Positions 1 to 8,275 of a DNA stretch of 25,239 bases are shown here, one piece after another (the stretch's first letter is position 1; each line of letters opens with the position of its first letter). A program made the translations under genes and the position numbers. The notes under the pieces were generated by a model. The model worked only from the letters and a program-made list of their open reading frames with translations. It did no database searches and was not told the DNA's origin. This stretch comes from an uncultured virus (IMG/VR IMGVR_UViG_3300017963_000022) (lineage: Duplodnaviria > Heunggongvirae > Uroviricota > Caudoviricetes): the IMG/VR virus record IMGVR_UViG_3300017963_000022. One strand, given 5' to 3'.

Positions 1-234
1 ATTCTCTTCTGCTAATCCCTTATTAGTAAAAGGTTTTTTATCAGTCTTACCTGAGTACAATCTCCAAATCTCATCAAGTGGTAACAAAGAGTCCCATTTA
101 TTTTGGGTAGTTCCATAAGGAAGATCAGCAAGTATAAGGTCTACTTTAAGTCCTGCCCCTATAAGACTCTCCATCACCTTTAAACAATCTCCGTGATAGA
201 GAACTCCATTTGGATAGTTATACGCTTTGACCAT
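1..234 (-). CDS. DNA N4/N6 amino-methyltransferase, N-terminal part (runs off the window)
   Basis: Own translation (not in the ORF track): MVKAYNYPNGVLYHGDCLKVMESLIGAGLKVDLILADLPYGTTQNKWD. The 'GDCL..M' and catalytic 'DLPY' motifs are typical of beta-class amino-MTases. Confidence 0.85.
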   Translation of the reverse strand, partial: MVKAYNYPNGVLYHGDCLKVMESLIGAGLKVDLILADLPYGTTQNKWDSLLPLDEIWRLYSGKTDKKPFTNKGLAEEN

Positions 235-412
235 TCTTCAAAGGACACCATGAAGGACTATAGCCATCGACAAAACCAGAGATTAACTCTAGTCTTTCTT
301 CTTCGTTCATAATTATCCCACAGTAAACCACATCTTTAGGTGGAAACATCAATGCTTCCATTTCTCTGTCGTGGTGACGATGTTCACAAGTATTACAATT
401 AGGTGAAGTCAT
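218..412 (-). CDS. Small Cys-rich hypothetical phage protein (CxxC...C...PSWCPL)
   Basis: 64 aa ORF with a purine-rich RBS upstream; packed between neighbours; putative Zn ligands. Confidence 0.65.
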   Translation of the reverse strand: MTSPNCNTCEHRHHDREMEALMFPPKDVVYCGIIMNEEERLELISGFVDGYSPSWCPLKNGQSV

Positions 413-436
413 AACCTTTCCTCTCCTTAAGAGTTA

Positions 437-595
437 TTACTCTTCCTTATACTCAGAGAGTTTCATATCAATGCTACCATCACGATTAAATCGAATGGCA
501 TCTACAACATAAAACTTCTTCACATCAGCATAATACATTAATCGCATTGTTCCAGGTAAGCGATTAAACAGCCATGCAATAATTTTTTCAATCAT
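437..595 (-). CDS. Hypothetical protein, 52 aa (MIEKIIAWLF...YKEE)
   Basis: Own translation. The ATG lies just after the polymerase stop, with an AAGGAG RBS in the polymerase 3' end. Confidence 0.6.
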   Translation of the reverse strand: MIEKIIAWLFNRLPGTMRLMYYADVKKFYVVDAIRFNRDGSIDMKLSEYKEE

Positions 596-596
596 T

Positions 597-2528
597 TTAT
601 TCTCCTTTTGTCCAGTAATCTAACGGTGGCGAACAGTCTGCAACTGCTGGAATTTCTCCCAGGAATTGTTGTTCTGCTCGCTCCATTGTGGTAACTAAAA
701 ATTCTTGAGCTTCTGCTATTAAGTCCTCACGTACTTCCACTACAACTTCATCATGTACCTGTACTAAAAACCTAAAGTTCTCATGCCCAAACGGATTGCT
801 ATAAAACATATCTACCATAGCAATCTTTAGTGAATCTGCTGACCCACCTTGAATGATATGGTTAACTCCCTCACGCTTTATTCTGTTGACCCAACGTTTC
901 CTTGCCTTATAATCTTTGAAAGTGGTAAGCTCTTCGAAGAAACGCATACGCCCAAAAGGAGTCTTAGAATATAGTTTCTCAATTACTAAGTCTCCTGCTT
1001 TTTGAATAAAGATTGACAGTGCGGGGTGTGCTTTAAAGAAACCCCCTAGAAGTTCTTCAGCCTCATTCTCAGAAATATCCTCGTTCTTTTCTGCCATTCC
1101 AAAAGCAGATGTCCCATAAATAATAGAGAAGTTTACAGTCTTACCACGACTTCTTTGTTTCCCTGTTACCTCTTCAAGGGTAATACCAAAAATACCGGAT
1201 GCTGTTTTAGCATGAATATCTTCGCCGTTCACGTATGCTTCGATAATTCTTCTTTCTTTACTAACTGCCCCCATGAATCTCATTTCTGCTTGAGAGTAGT
1301 CACACGTTAATAATTTATATCCTGGTCTAGCCAGGAAACAATTCCGATATTTTTCCTCTTTAGGAATATTCTGCATATTGGGTTTATCAGAACTCCATCT
1401 TCCTGTAGCTGTTCCAGCCTGATTAAAAGTAGGATGGATACGTCCGGTTACAGGATGTATGTAGTCTTCCCAATTTCTTCCATAAGTAGTAGCAGTTTTA
1501 TTTTTCTTTGCAAAGTTAATAAGAGAGTCAATCAATGGAACTCCCTTATATCTTTCTAATGTTTTCTGTTGTGTATTTGCTACAGGTATACCACACAAAT
1601 GTAATGCTCGTTTCTTTTGAGCAATGCTCCCGACATTCCATACAGTCTTAAGTTCTTCCAGAATAAACTCTGGAGAAGTCAATGACTCTAGAAAAGTTAA
1701 GTCTACTCTCTCTACCTTTGAGTTCTTAACTGTAGGAACAGGAATATGGTAGTACTCATAAGCGGATACACCATCAGTAATTTCTTTGCTCGCTTCTTCC
1801 CAAGTAGTTTTGAAAACAAGCTCAGTAAGAAATTCTCGGAGCTTTGCTACTTCTTGTTCTGCTTCATCAGCAATTATTTTCCAAGCTTCCCAATCCAGAA
1901 GAACTCCGTCATACTCCATCTTTGCTACTACAGGAAGGAGTTTCATTTCTAACTCTATGACATGGACATACTTTCTGTTTTCTGCCAGCATCATTTGAAG
2001 CATCATAACTTCTTCTAGATACTTTACATCTAACGCAGAATAGGTAAGCATTTCTTCTGTGATTATCTCACTAGTAATAAACTGCTTACGAATATCTTTA
2101 TCTAAAGTTACACCACAGTATTCCTGTACAACTTTCTGTAATGTAGGATACTTATCTCTGCCTCTAGCAATACCAGCGGTATGTACCATTTCAGCAAGTT
2201 GAGTATCAAATACTTTTGTCAATAGTATATCAGTATTATGTAGGGTAAAACGCAAATCGAACTTTGCATTATGAGCAATCACTGTTTTCTGTGTAGCATC
2301 AATAAGTTCGATCAAGTATTTAAAATATTTTTTTGCGTCTTTACATGTTTCAAAGTTTAATAAGTAGGTTTTGTTTCCTAATTTAAACTGTGCTAGTCGG
2401 ATACGATCAGAGAAATAATCTATCCCTGAAGTTTCCAAGTCAAACCCTACAAACCCAACACCAGCCAAGTCCTTTTGAAACTCGCCTATGTCACGGGTAT
2501 CATTAATCAAAATATAAGATGGTTGCAC
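597..2528 (-). CDS. polA: Family A DNA polymerase (3'-5' exonuclease plus polymerase; no 5' nuclease domain)
   Basis: Exo motifs DLETSG, HNAKFDL, YSALDV. TGRWSS..PNMQNIP. Motif A DYSQAEMR, motif B RGKTVNFSIIYG (Phe at the 762-equivalent position), motif C QVHDE. GTG start with AAGGAG RBS. Confidence 0.97.
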   Translation of the reverse strand: MQPSYILINDTRDIGEFQKDLAGVGFVGFDLETSGIDYFSDRIRLAQFKLGNKTYLLNFETCKDAKKYFKYLIELIDATQKTVIAHNAKFDLRFTLHNTDILLTKVFDTQLAEMVHTAGIARGRDKYPTLQKVVQEYCGVTLDKDIRKQFITSEIITEEMLTYSALDVKYLEEVMMLQMMLAENRKYVHVIELEMKLLPVVAKMEYDGVLLDWEAWKIIADEAEQEVAKLREFLTELVFKTTWEEASKEITDGVSAYEYYHIPVPTVKNSKVERVDLTFLESLTSPEFILEELKTVWNVGSIAQKKRALHLCGIPVANTQQKTLERYKGVPLIDSLINFAKKNKTATTYGRNWEDYIHPVTGRIHPTFNQAGTATGRWSSDKPNMQNIPKEEKYRNCFLARPGYKLLTCDYSQAEMRFMGAVSKERRIIEAYVNGEDIHAKTASGIFGITLEEVTGKQRSRGKTVNFSIIYGTSAFGMAEKNEDISENEAEELLGGFFKAHPALSIFIQKAGDLVIEKLYSKTPFGRMRFFEELTTFKDYKARKRWVNRIKREGVNHIIQGGSADSLKIAMVDMFYSNPFGHENFRFLVQVHDEVVVEVREDLIAEAQEFLVTTMERAEQQFLGEIPAVADCSPPLDYWTKGE

Positions 2529-2624
2529 TAGTACTCCTTACCTATTTACAAAATTATTAAAATCGTGTATGATGGTTACAGTAAAGTTTACGATCTAAAA
2601 AGTTTCGGTAAAATAACTGTACAT

Positions 2625-2653
2625 ATCATACCATAAAACAAAAGATTTGTCTA
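2625..2653 (-). promoter_or_regulatory. Sigma70-type promoter for polA
   Basis: TAGACA-17 nt-TATGAT with an extended -10 TG. Confidence 0.7.
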
Positions 2654-2669
2654 TAGTACAAAAGTACTA
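2654..2669. promoter_or_regulatory. Palindromic operator TAGTAC-N4-GTACTA
   Basis: Perfect dyad abutting the -35 of the polA promoter; a near-identical copy lies at 3055-3070. Confidence 0.65.
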
Positions 2670-2957
2670 GTGGACTTCTTCTAATAAGGTAACAACATCG
2701 GTCTTAGTCCTGTATGAATTTTGAAATAAGACTTCCCCTATAGAACAGGTAAAGACCCTACATCTAACATTGTACTTTTTAATGCTGTTGGCATTACCTA
2801 ATCCATTAGCTACCCAAATACCCCCATTATCCCGCTTGTCCCTGAATACTTTATAAGGCTCAACCACAGACACACCTATAGGAAACGTCAGGATAGTAGG
2901 GTTATTTCTTAGACCCAATGATTGTAAATTTTGTGTCACGACTTTATAGTACTTCAT
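2667..2957 (-). CDS. Hypothetical phage protein, 96 aa
   Basis: AAGGAG RBS, downstream of the promoter at 3026-3054. Confidence 0.75.
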   Translation of the reverse strand: MKYYKVVTQNLQSLGLRNNPTILTFPIGVSVVEPYKVFRDKRDNGGIWVANGLGNANSIKKYNVRCRVFTCSIGEVLFQNSYRTKTDVVTLLEEVH

Positions 2958-3025
2958 TCAAAACTCCTTAACAGCGTTTTAATTAATTAACAATTAAACC
3001 TTCCAATGTCTAACTAGCCTTAAAC

Positions 3026-3054
3026 ATAATACCATAAAAATTACTAGGTGTCAA
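3026..3054 (-). promoter_or_regulatory. Sigma70-type promoter (leftward)
   Basis: TTGACA-17 nt-TATTAT with an extended -10 TG. Confidence 0.8.
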
Positions 3055-3070
3055 TGGTACAAAGGTACTA
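3055..3070. promoter_or_regulatory. Palindromic operator TGGTAC-N4-GTACTA between back-to-back -35 boxes
   Basis: Exactly fills the 16 bp between the two divergent TTGACA hexamers. Confidence 0.65.
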
Positions 3071-3099
3071 TTGACATTTAGATGAAAGTATGCTATACT
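3071..3099 (+). promoter_or_regulatory. Sigma70-type promoter (rightward, primase-nrdJ operon)
   Basis: TTGACA-17 nt-TATACT with an extended -10 TG. Confidence 0.85.
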
Positions 3100-3171
3100 A
3101 TGGTTACAAAAATTTGAACAAGGCAATTCGCCCTTTAAGGGACAAACCACAATTAAATAAGGAGGTGCTTA

Positions 3172-4047
3172 TTGAGTGTATTACTATCACTTATTGAGCA
3201 AGACTATACTCTGACAGGTCATGGAAGATACCTTAAGACTCTTGAGCACGACTCCCTAGTTATAGATACAACAAGAGATTTATTCTTTTGGAACAGCCGA
3301 GAGATAAATGGAGATGCGTATGTATGGCTCGTAAAGATTAAAGGGATGTCGCCGATGGAAGCTCGAAGAAAGTTACGTGAGCTTAAGACTATTGACAACA
3401 GAGTATATGTATCAGTGGATACTCCGAGCGGAGAAGAAATAGTAGTATACCCCAAGCTAGTACAGGTCTTTTGGGAGAACGGCAAGAGACACAGAGATTA
3501 CTGGTATGCTAGAGGTATTAGCGACCAGACTGTAGACCGTTTCCAACTAGGCTATAGCGAAGGGTGGTATACAATTCCTTTCTTTATTGATAACTCTTTC
3601 GTGAATTTTCAAATGCGAAGAGACTCTCCAGAGAAACGAGTTAAGAGTTGGTATCGAGGACTCGGCCCGATGCTCTGGAACAGAGATCTCCTCAAAACTT
3701 CTTCGAGTGTTATCATTACGGAGAGTCCTACAGATGCAATTTTATTAAGGCAACACGGATACCCTGCCGTAAGTCATAACGCAGGAGCAGGATTTTGGAT
3801 TAGCTCCTGGAACAAATATTTTATAGATCAAAAAAATATATACATTATTTACGACAATGATGAAGCTGGAAGACTTGGTGCGTCTACCGTAGCCGAAGCT
3901 CTAGGTGTGTATAGGTGTAAGATTTATACCTTTGATGGGTATGAAGAAAAGTACGACTTAGGGATGTGGTTTCTTGACAATATAGGCTCCGAAAGAAAAC
4001 TTGGTGAGCTAATAACTACGGAGGCAAAGCACAACTTTGAAGCATAA
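3172..4047 (+). CDS. DnaG-like DNA primase (TOPRIM)
   Basis: RGIS...FQLGY and TOPRIM motifs ITESPTDA and YDNDEAG. TTG start with AAGGAGGT RBS. Confidence 0.9.
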   Translation: MSVLLSLIEQDYTLTGHGRYLKTLEHDSLVIDTTRDLFFWNSREINGDAYVWLVKIKGMSPMEARRKLRELKTIDNRVYVSVDTPSGEEIVVYPKLVQVFWENGKRHRDYWYARGISDQTVDRFQLGYSEGWYTIPFFIDNSFVNFQMRRDSPEKRVKSWYRGLGPMLWNRDLLKTSSSVIITESPTDAILLRQHGYPAVSHNAGAGFWISSWNKYFIDQKNIYIIYDNDEAGRLGASTVAEALGVYRCKIYTFDGYEEKYDLGMWFLDNIGSERKLGELITTEAKHNFEA

Positions 4048-4414
4048 AAATTATTGTGTAGTATGTGATGGAGGTAAAAGAAGTGGATTGACTTATGGGT
4101 CGTTTGTAGTCTATGATCTTTCTGGAAAACAGATTGCACACAGAGCTATGATTTTTGGATTTGGAACTTCTCTTGAAGCTGAGTTCATTGCTATGTTAAA
4201 TTCTTTAGAATACTGTTTAGATAAAGGATACACTAGAGTTATCTTTAAAACAGATTCAGCAGAGTTAATTAAACATGTTACCCTAAAATCTAACACGAGA
4301 AAATCCCAGTTAAGAACATTGGGGAACACTATAAGAAGAAAGTTAAAACGACTTGAGTATTATCAACTAATCAAAGTTCCTCGGAACGAGATCAAAAAGG
4401 TATTAGGACATTAG
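4037..4414 (+). CDS. Ribonuclease HI-like protein
   Basis: CDGG, TSLEAEFIAM and TDS carry three of the acidic RNase H residues; VPR near the C terminus. Confidence 0.8.
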   Translation: MKHKNYCVVCDGGKRSGLTYGSFVVYDLSGKQIAHRAMIFGFGTSLEAEFIAMLNSLEYCLDKGYTRVIFKTDSAELIKHVTLKSNTRKSQLRTLGNTIRRKLKRLEYYQLIKVPRNEIKKVLGH

Positions 4415-4416
4415 AA

Positions 4417-4977
4417 ATGGAGATATTAGGATTGGATTTGGATGGGGTGCTTTATGATTGGCGTAGAGCAGTTTGGCCTATACTTTTAGTAGATGCCAAA
4501 GAGACCAGAAGTTTTCACGACTTTTGGTTTGAAGAAGAAAGAGCAGAACGAAACGGAACGTCTAAACATAATAAACTCTTTTGGAAAAACTTAGTAGCAA
4601 GAGAAGATTTATATAATAGTTGCCCACCAGCAAAGGGGGTTGTTGAAACTCTGTGGAAACTGAGCAAGAAATATAATCTTATATACATTACTCACCGACC
4701 AAAATCTGTACGCTTTGTTACAGAATGGTGGCTCAAGAGTTACGATTTCCCTGAAAGGGATATGTTGGTCATGTCCTCTCTACCTAAACACCTACTAGTA
4801 CGCCAGTATAATTGTACCTACTATGTAGAAGACAGAGAAAAAATCCTCAATTCAGAGTTGAGGAATGTTTGTTCTCTTTTTGGAATGAGGACAGGAACAA
4901 ACTATACATTAGAAGGCGACCCAAGAATAACATTCATTGATGAGATTCCAGAGTTGCTGAATTATCTTGGAGGATAA
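4417..4977 (+). CDS. HAD-family 5'(3')-deoxyribonucleotidase-like protein
   Basis: N-terminal DLDGVL, YITHR, K and YVEDR HAD motifs. Confidence 0.85.
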   Translation: MEILGLDLDGVLYDWRRAVWPILLVDAKETRSFHDFWFEEERAERNGTSKHNKLFWKNLVAREDLYNSCPPAKGVVETLWKLSKKYNLIYITHRPKSVRFVTEWWLKSYDFPERDMLVMSSLPKHLLVRQYNCTYYVEDREKILNSELRNVCSLFGMRTGTNYTLEGDPRITFIDEIPELLNYLGG

Positions 4978-5292
4978 ATGAATTTTAGAAAGTATCAACT
5001 AGAAGCAAAGATAACTGCAATATACCCAAGGGAGTATGATATAATCTACCCCACTTTAGGATTAGCAGGAGAAGCAGGAGAGGTTGCTGAAAAAATTAAG
5101 AAATACTTACGTAAGGATGGAGACCTTAATAAAGAAGACCTTACTAAAGAATTAGGAGATGTTCTTTGGTATGTTGCTAATCTTGCCTATGATTTGGGAA
5201 TAAATTTAGAGGATGTAGCAGTTACTAACTTAGAAAAATTGCGTGGAAGAAAAATACGTGGTACACTTCATGGTGAAGGAGATAACAGATGA
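4978..5292 (+). CDS. mazG: MazG-like NTP pyrophosphohydrolase
   Basis: LGLAGEAGEVAEKIKK...KELGDVLWY...NLEKL..R....G.GDNR. Confidence 0.93.
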   Translation: MNFRKYQLEAKITAIYPREYDIIYPTLGLAGEAGEVAEKIKKYLRKDGDLNKEDLTKELGDVLWYVANLAYDLGINLEDVAVTNLEKLRGRKIRGTLHGEGDNR

Positions 5293-5567
5293 GTTTTGAT
5301 TTTGCAGATGTACAAGAATTAAAGAAAGCAACTGAAGAGATGGCAAAGGCTATAGCAGAACTTGAACTAACAATTTCTGAAATAACTCCAATTATTCTTC
5401 TCCTTCTTAATGCCGTAGGGGGTGAATTTGTTATTGACCAAACACAAGAAATCACACAACAGTTTATTACTGCGGTATTGGAAAAGCAGATAGGTTTTAG
5501 GGTGGAGTCCATAGATGGACACGATATTGTAAAAGTAATTTTAATGACTGGCCTAGAGGCGGAGTAG
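5289..5567 (+). CDS. Hypothetical protein, 92 aa
   Basis: ATGA overlap with mazG and an AAGGAG RBS; ends 3 nt before nrdJ. Confidence 0.75.
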   Translation: MSFDFADVQELKKATEEMAKAIAELELTISEITPIILLLLNAVGGEFVIDQTQEITQQFITAVLEKQIGFRVESIDGHDIVKVILMTGLEAE

Positions 5568-5570
5568 TAG

Positions 5571-7487
5571 ATGTTTAATGACTTTCAACAAAGAATCTTT
5601 GAGTCAAAGTATGCTCAAGAAGGAGAAACCTGGGAAGAGGCGTGTTTACGAGTAGCTGTACATGTAGCAGAAGGAGAAGACAATCTTGAATGGATTGCTA
5701 AATTTTTTCAGATAATCTATGAGGGAGTCTTTATTCCTGGTGGTAGGGTTCTAGCTAATGCTGGAACAGGTATTGAAAACCTAATGAATTGTTTCGTACT
5801 CCCTATAGAGGATTCACGAGACAGTATTTATGAGACATTAGGAAACGCCGCTGAGATTTTTGCATGGGGTGGAGGTTTAGGATTTAATTTCTCTAAGCTT
5901 AGAGAGAAAGGAGCGTTGATTAGAACTACCGGAGGTAGATCATGTGGCCCCCTTCCATTTATGGGTCAGTTTGATTCTACAGGAGATGTTATTCATCAGG
6001 CTTCTCGTAGGGGAGCACAGATGGGAATTTTGAACATAGACCATCCAGACATTGAGGAGTTTATCCTGTGTAAATCAAAGCCCAATACAAAATTTGAACA
6101 AGCGATGATGGCGGTTAAGGGTAGGCTTGGCCTGACAAATGCAGATAAGGAAATAAGAGAACTAGGTTATACTTCTGAGAAAGATGACCAATATAAACTC
6201 TTAGAAATTGTAGAGAATGTTCTAGTTGAAACACAGCTAAATCACTTCAATCTCTCTGTTGGAATTACAGATAAGTTTATGGAAGCTGTACAAGAAGATG
6301 GAGATTGGGATTTAATTTCCCCCGATACAGGTGAGATTATAAAGACAGTGAAAGCAAAAAAACTCTTGAGAATGATTGCTGAAAGTTCGTGGCGATCAGG
6401 CGACCCAGGAGTTTTCTTTATTGATAGAGCTAATGAAGATAATATGGTTCCTGAGTATGGAGATATAGAAGCTACCAACCCTTGTGGTGAAGTACCCCTT
6501 CTCCCAAATGAGTCTTGCTGTCTCGGAAGTATTAACCTTCTTTCTTTTTGGGATAGAGATAGCGGTAAATTTAATTTTGAATTTTTTGAGTATGCTATTC
6601 GGGTGGCGACAAGGTTTCTCGATAATGTACAGGAAATCTCTAAAACAACGGTGGAAGAAATTAATAAAACCTCTAAAGGATTTAGACGACTCGGATTAGG
6701 TGTGATGGGATTTGCCGACCTACTCGCAGAAATGGATACTGACTACGGAAGTGAGAAGGCCCAGGAATTTGCAGAGTACTTGAGTTGGTTCCTATCTTAT
6801 TTCGCTTGGTCGGAGAGTATGAATCTTGCAGAAGAACGTGGAACATTTGAAGGTTTTGACTCTGAGTTAAACCAAGAAGTAATCTATAAAGCCCTAAGTT
6901 CTGAGTTTCTTCCAGAGGAAGTCAGAGAGTCTAAAGAAGAGAAACTAAAAGTACGTAACGTATCTGTAACGTCCATTGCTCCCACAGGAACAATTGCACT
7001 CCTAGCCGGAGTAAATTCAGCAATTGAGCCTTTCTATTCTTTGTATTATACTCGCAATGTGACATCGGGAATAGAAAATAAAGCACAGGATACCTATACA
7101 GAGTTTAATCCTATACTTATTCGTAAGCTTAAAGCTTACGGTTATGGTGATGAGCAGATAGAGTACATTACACAAGAGGTTAAGCGTACTGGTAGTATTC
7201 AACACATGGAGTTTATACCCGAACAAATAAGGTTTGCGTTTAAGATGGCTCATGATTTAAGCTGGAGAGAACACATTGATATTCAATCTGCATGGCAGAG
7301 GTTTACAACTAATGCTGTGAGTAAGACAATCAATATGCCACATTCAGCTACACCACAGGAGATTGAAGAAGCAATCATCTATATGTGGGAACGAGGTTTG
7401 AAGGGAGGTACAATCTATCGTGATGGTAGTAAAGCCTTTCAAATTCTCAACAATGGTGACTCTAAAGATTCTGGAGACTCCGCTTAA
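5571..7487 (+). CDS. nrdJ: Class II (adenosylcobalamin-dependent) ribonucleotide reductase
   Basis: PGGR, NCF, GGGLG.NFS.LR, RRGAQM, HPDI..F, TNPCGE, C.LGS.NL, R.LGLG.MG, SIAPTGT, VSKTIN. No beta-subunit gene adjacent and no ATP cone. Confidence 0.9.
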   Translation: MFNDFQQRIFESKYAQEGETWEEACLRVAVHVAEGEDNLEWIAKFFQIIYEGVFIPGGRVLANAGTGIENLMNCFVLPIEDSRDSIYETLGNAAEIFAWGGGLGFNFSKLREKGALIRTTGGRSCGPLPFMGQFDSTGDVIHQASRRGAQMGILNIDHPDIEEFILCKSKPNTKFEQAMMAVKGRLGLTNADKEIRELGYTSEKDDQYKLLEIVENVLVETQLNHFNLSVGITDKFMEAVQEDGDWDLISPDTGEIIKTVKAKKLLRMIAESSWRSGDPGVFFIDRANEDNMVPEYGDIEATNPCGEVPLLPNESCCLGSINLLSFWDRDSGKFNFEFFEYAIRVATRFLDNVQEISKTTVEEINKTSKGFRRLGLGVMGFADLLAEMDTDYGSEKAQEFAEYLSWFLSYFAWSESMNLAEERGTFEGFDSELNQEVIYKALSSEFLPEEVRESKEEKLKVRNVSVTSIAPTGTIALLAGVNSAIEPFYSLYYTRNVTSGIENKAQDTYTEFNPILIRKLKAYGYGDEQIEYITQEVKRTGSIQHMEFIPEQIRFAFKMAHDLSWREHIDIQSAWQRFTTNAVSKTINMPHSATPQEIEEAIIYMWERGLKGGTIYRDGSKAFQILNNGDSKDSGDSA

Positions 7488-7495
7488 AAAATAAC

Positions 7496-7536
7496 TTAAA
7501 AAAAGAGAGCTCCTATTCGGAGCTCTGCTCTTTTCT
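7496..7536. terminator. Bidirectional intrinsic terminator between convergent operons
   Basis: AGAGCTCC-TATTC-GGAGCTCT hairpin (7506-7526) flanked by an A-run and a T-rich tract. Confidence 0.8.
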
Positions 7537-7702
7537 ATTTTGAGTTCTTAAACAATAGCCAGAGAGGTGTAGGTTGCCTATAACTCCTTGAACATCTCTC
7601 ATCGCTGTCAAAAACCATACAGAGAGAGACGTTAGGATGAGACTGTTTTCCTAACCTTACAAACTGTTTGCCTTTGAGATATTCAAAAATATCCTCAATC
7701 AT
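7535..7702 (-). CDS. 55 aa ORF, partial paralog of 23973-24188 (possible remnant)
   Basis: Own translation MIEDIFEYLKGKQFVRLGKQSHPNVSLCMVFD...; 24 of the first 32 residues are identical to the 23973-24188 product. Confidence 0.6.
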   Translation of the reverse strand: MIEDIFEYLKGKQFVRLGKQSHPNVSLCMVFDSDERCSRSYRQPTPLWLLFKNSK

Positions 7703-7719
7703 CTTAAACTCTTTTTCTT

Positions 7720-8268
7720 TTAATCTAGTAGTAATTCAAGAACTTCGTTCTCAGGGTCAGTAATTAGTACTCCCTTGTTATGAAGTATCTCGTGTTGTAT
7801 TGTTGCCGCTTCTCCATCAGAGAACCATTTACTTCGATATACTCCATCTTCATTGTACCAATTTACAAGAACTGTTTTCCATCTTAAAACAGTAATTGGA
7901 TGCTCTAATCTAATAGAGCCACAATTGGTCAGTGTCTCTCTTTTACCATGTTGAGAGGATGTTCTGGAGATTGTAGGATTAATCATTATCCTAACGAAAG
8001 CAGATGAGAGTTTTCTCATTCCTACTAACCCAATAATATTAAATGGAATTGCTACATTAGCTCCGCTTATTCCATATGGTTTAGAATAATCTGAGAACTC
8101 CATTAGTGCAATTTCTCGAAGATGTTCACAACAAGCTAAAATTACTTTTTTGTACCCAGGAGAACTGTTAAAGAGACGTATGTTTACAGGTGGTAGTACA
8201 TTCCTGAGATAGACTAGATCATCAAAGTTTAAAATATGTGTCATATGATTATTAATTAAGTTTGTCAT
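7720..8268 (-). CDS. Divergent peptide deformylase-like protein
   Basis: GISGANV (motif 1-like), MINPTI, TNCGS (EGCLS-like), IQHEILHNKGVLI (QHExDHLxG-like). Start moved to ATG 8268, which has a GGAG RBS and follows the upstream stop. Confidence 0.8.
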   Translation of the reverse strand: MTNLINNHMTHILNFDDLVYLRNVLPPVNIRLFNSSPGYKKVILACCEHLREIALMEFSDYSKPYGISGANVAIPFNIIGLVGMRKLSSAFVRIMINPTISRTSSQHGKRETLTNCGSIRLEHPITVLRWKTVLVNWYNEDGVYRSKWFSDGEAATIQHEILHNKGVLITDPENEVLELLLD

Positions 8269-8275
8269 AGTCTTT

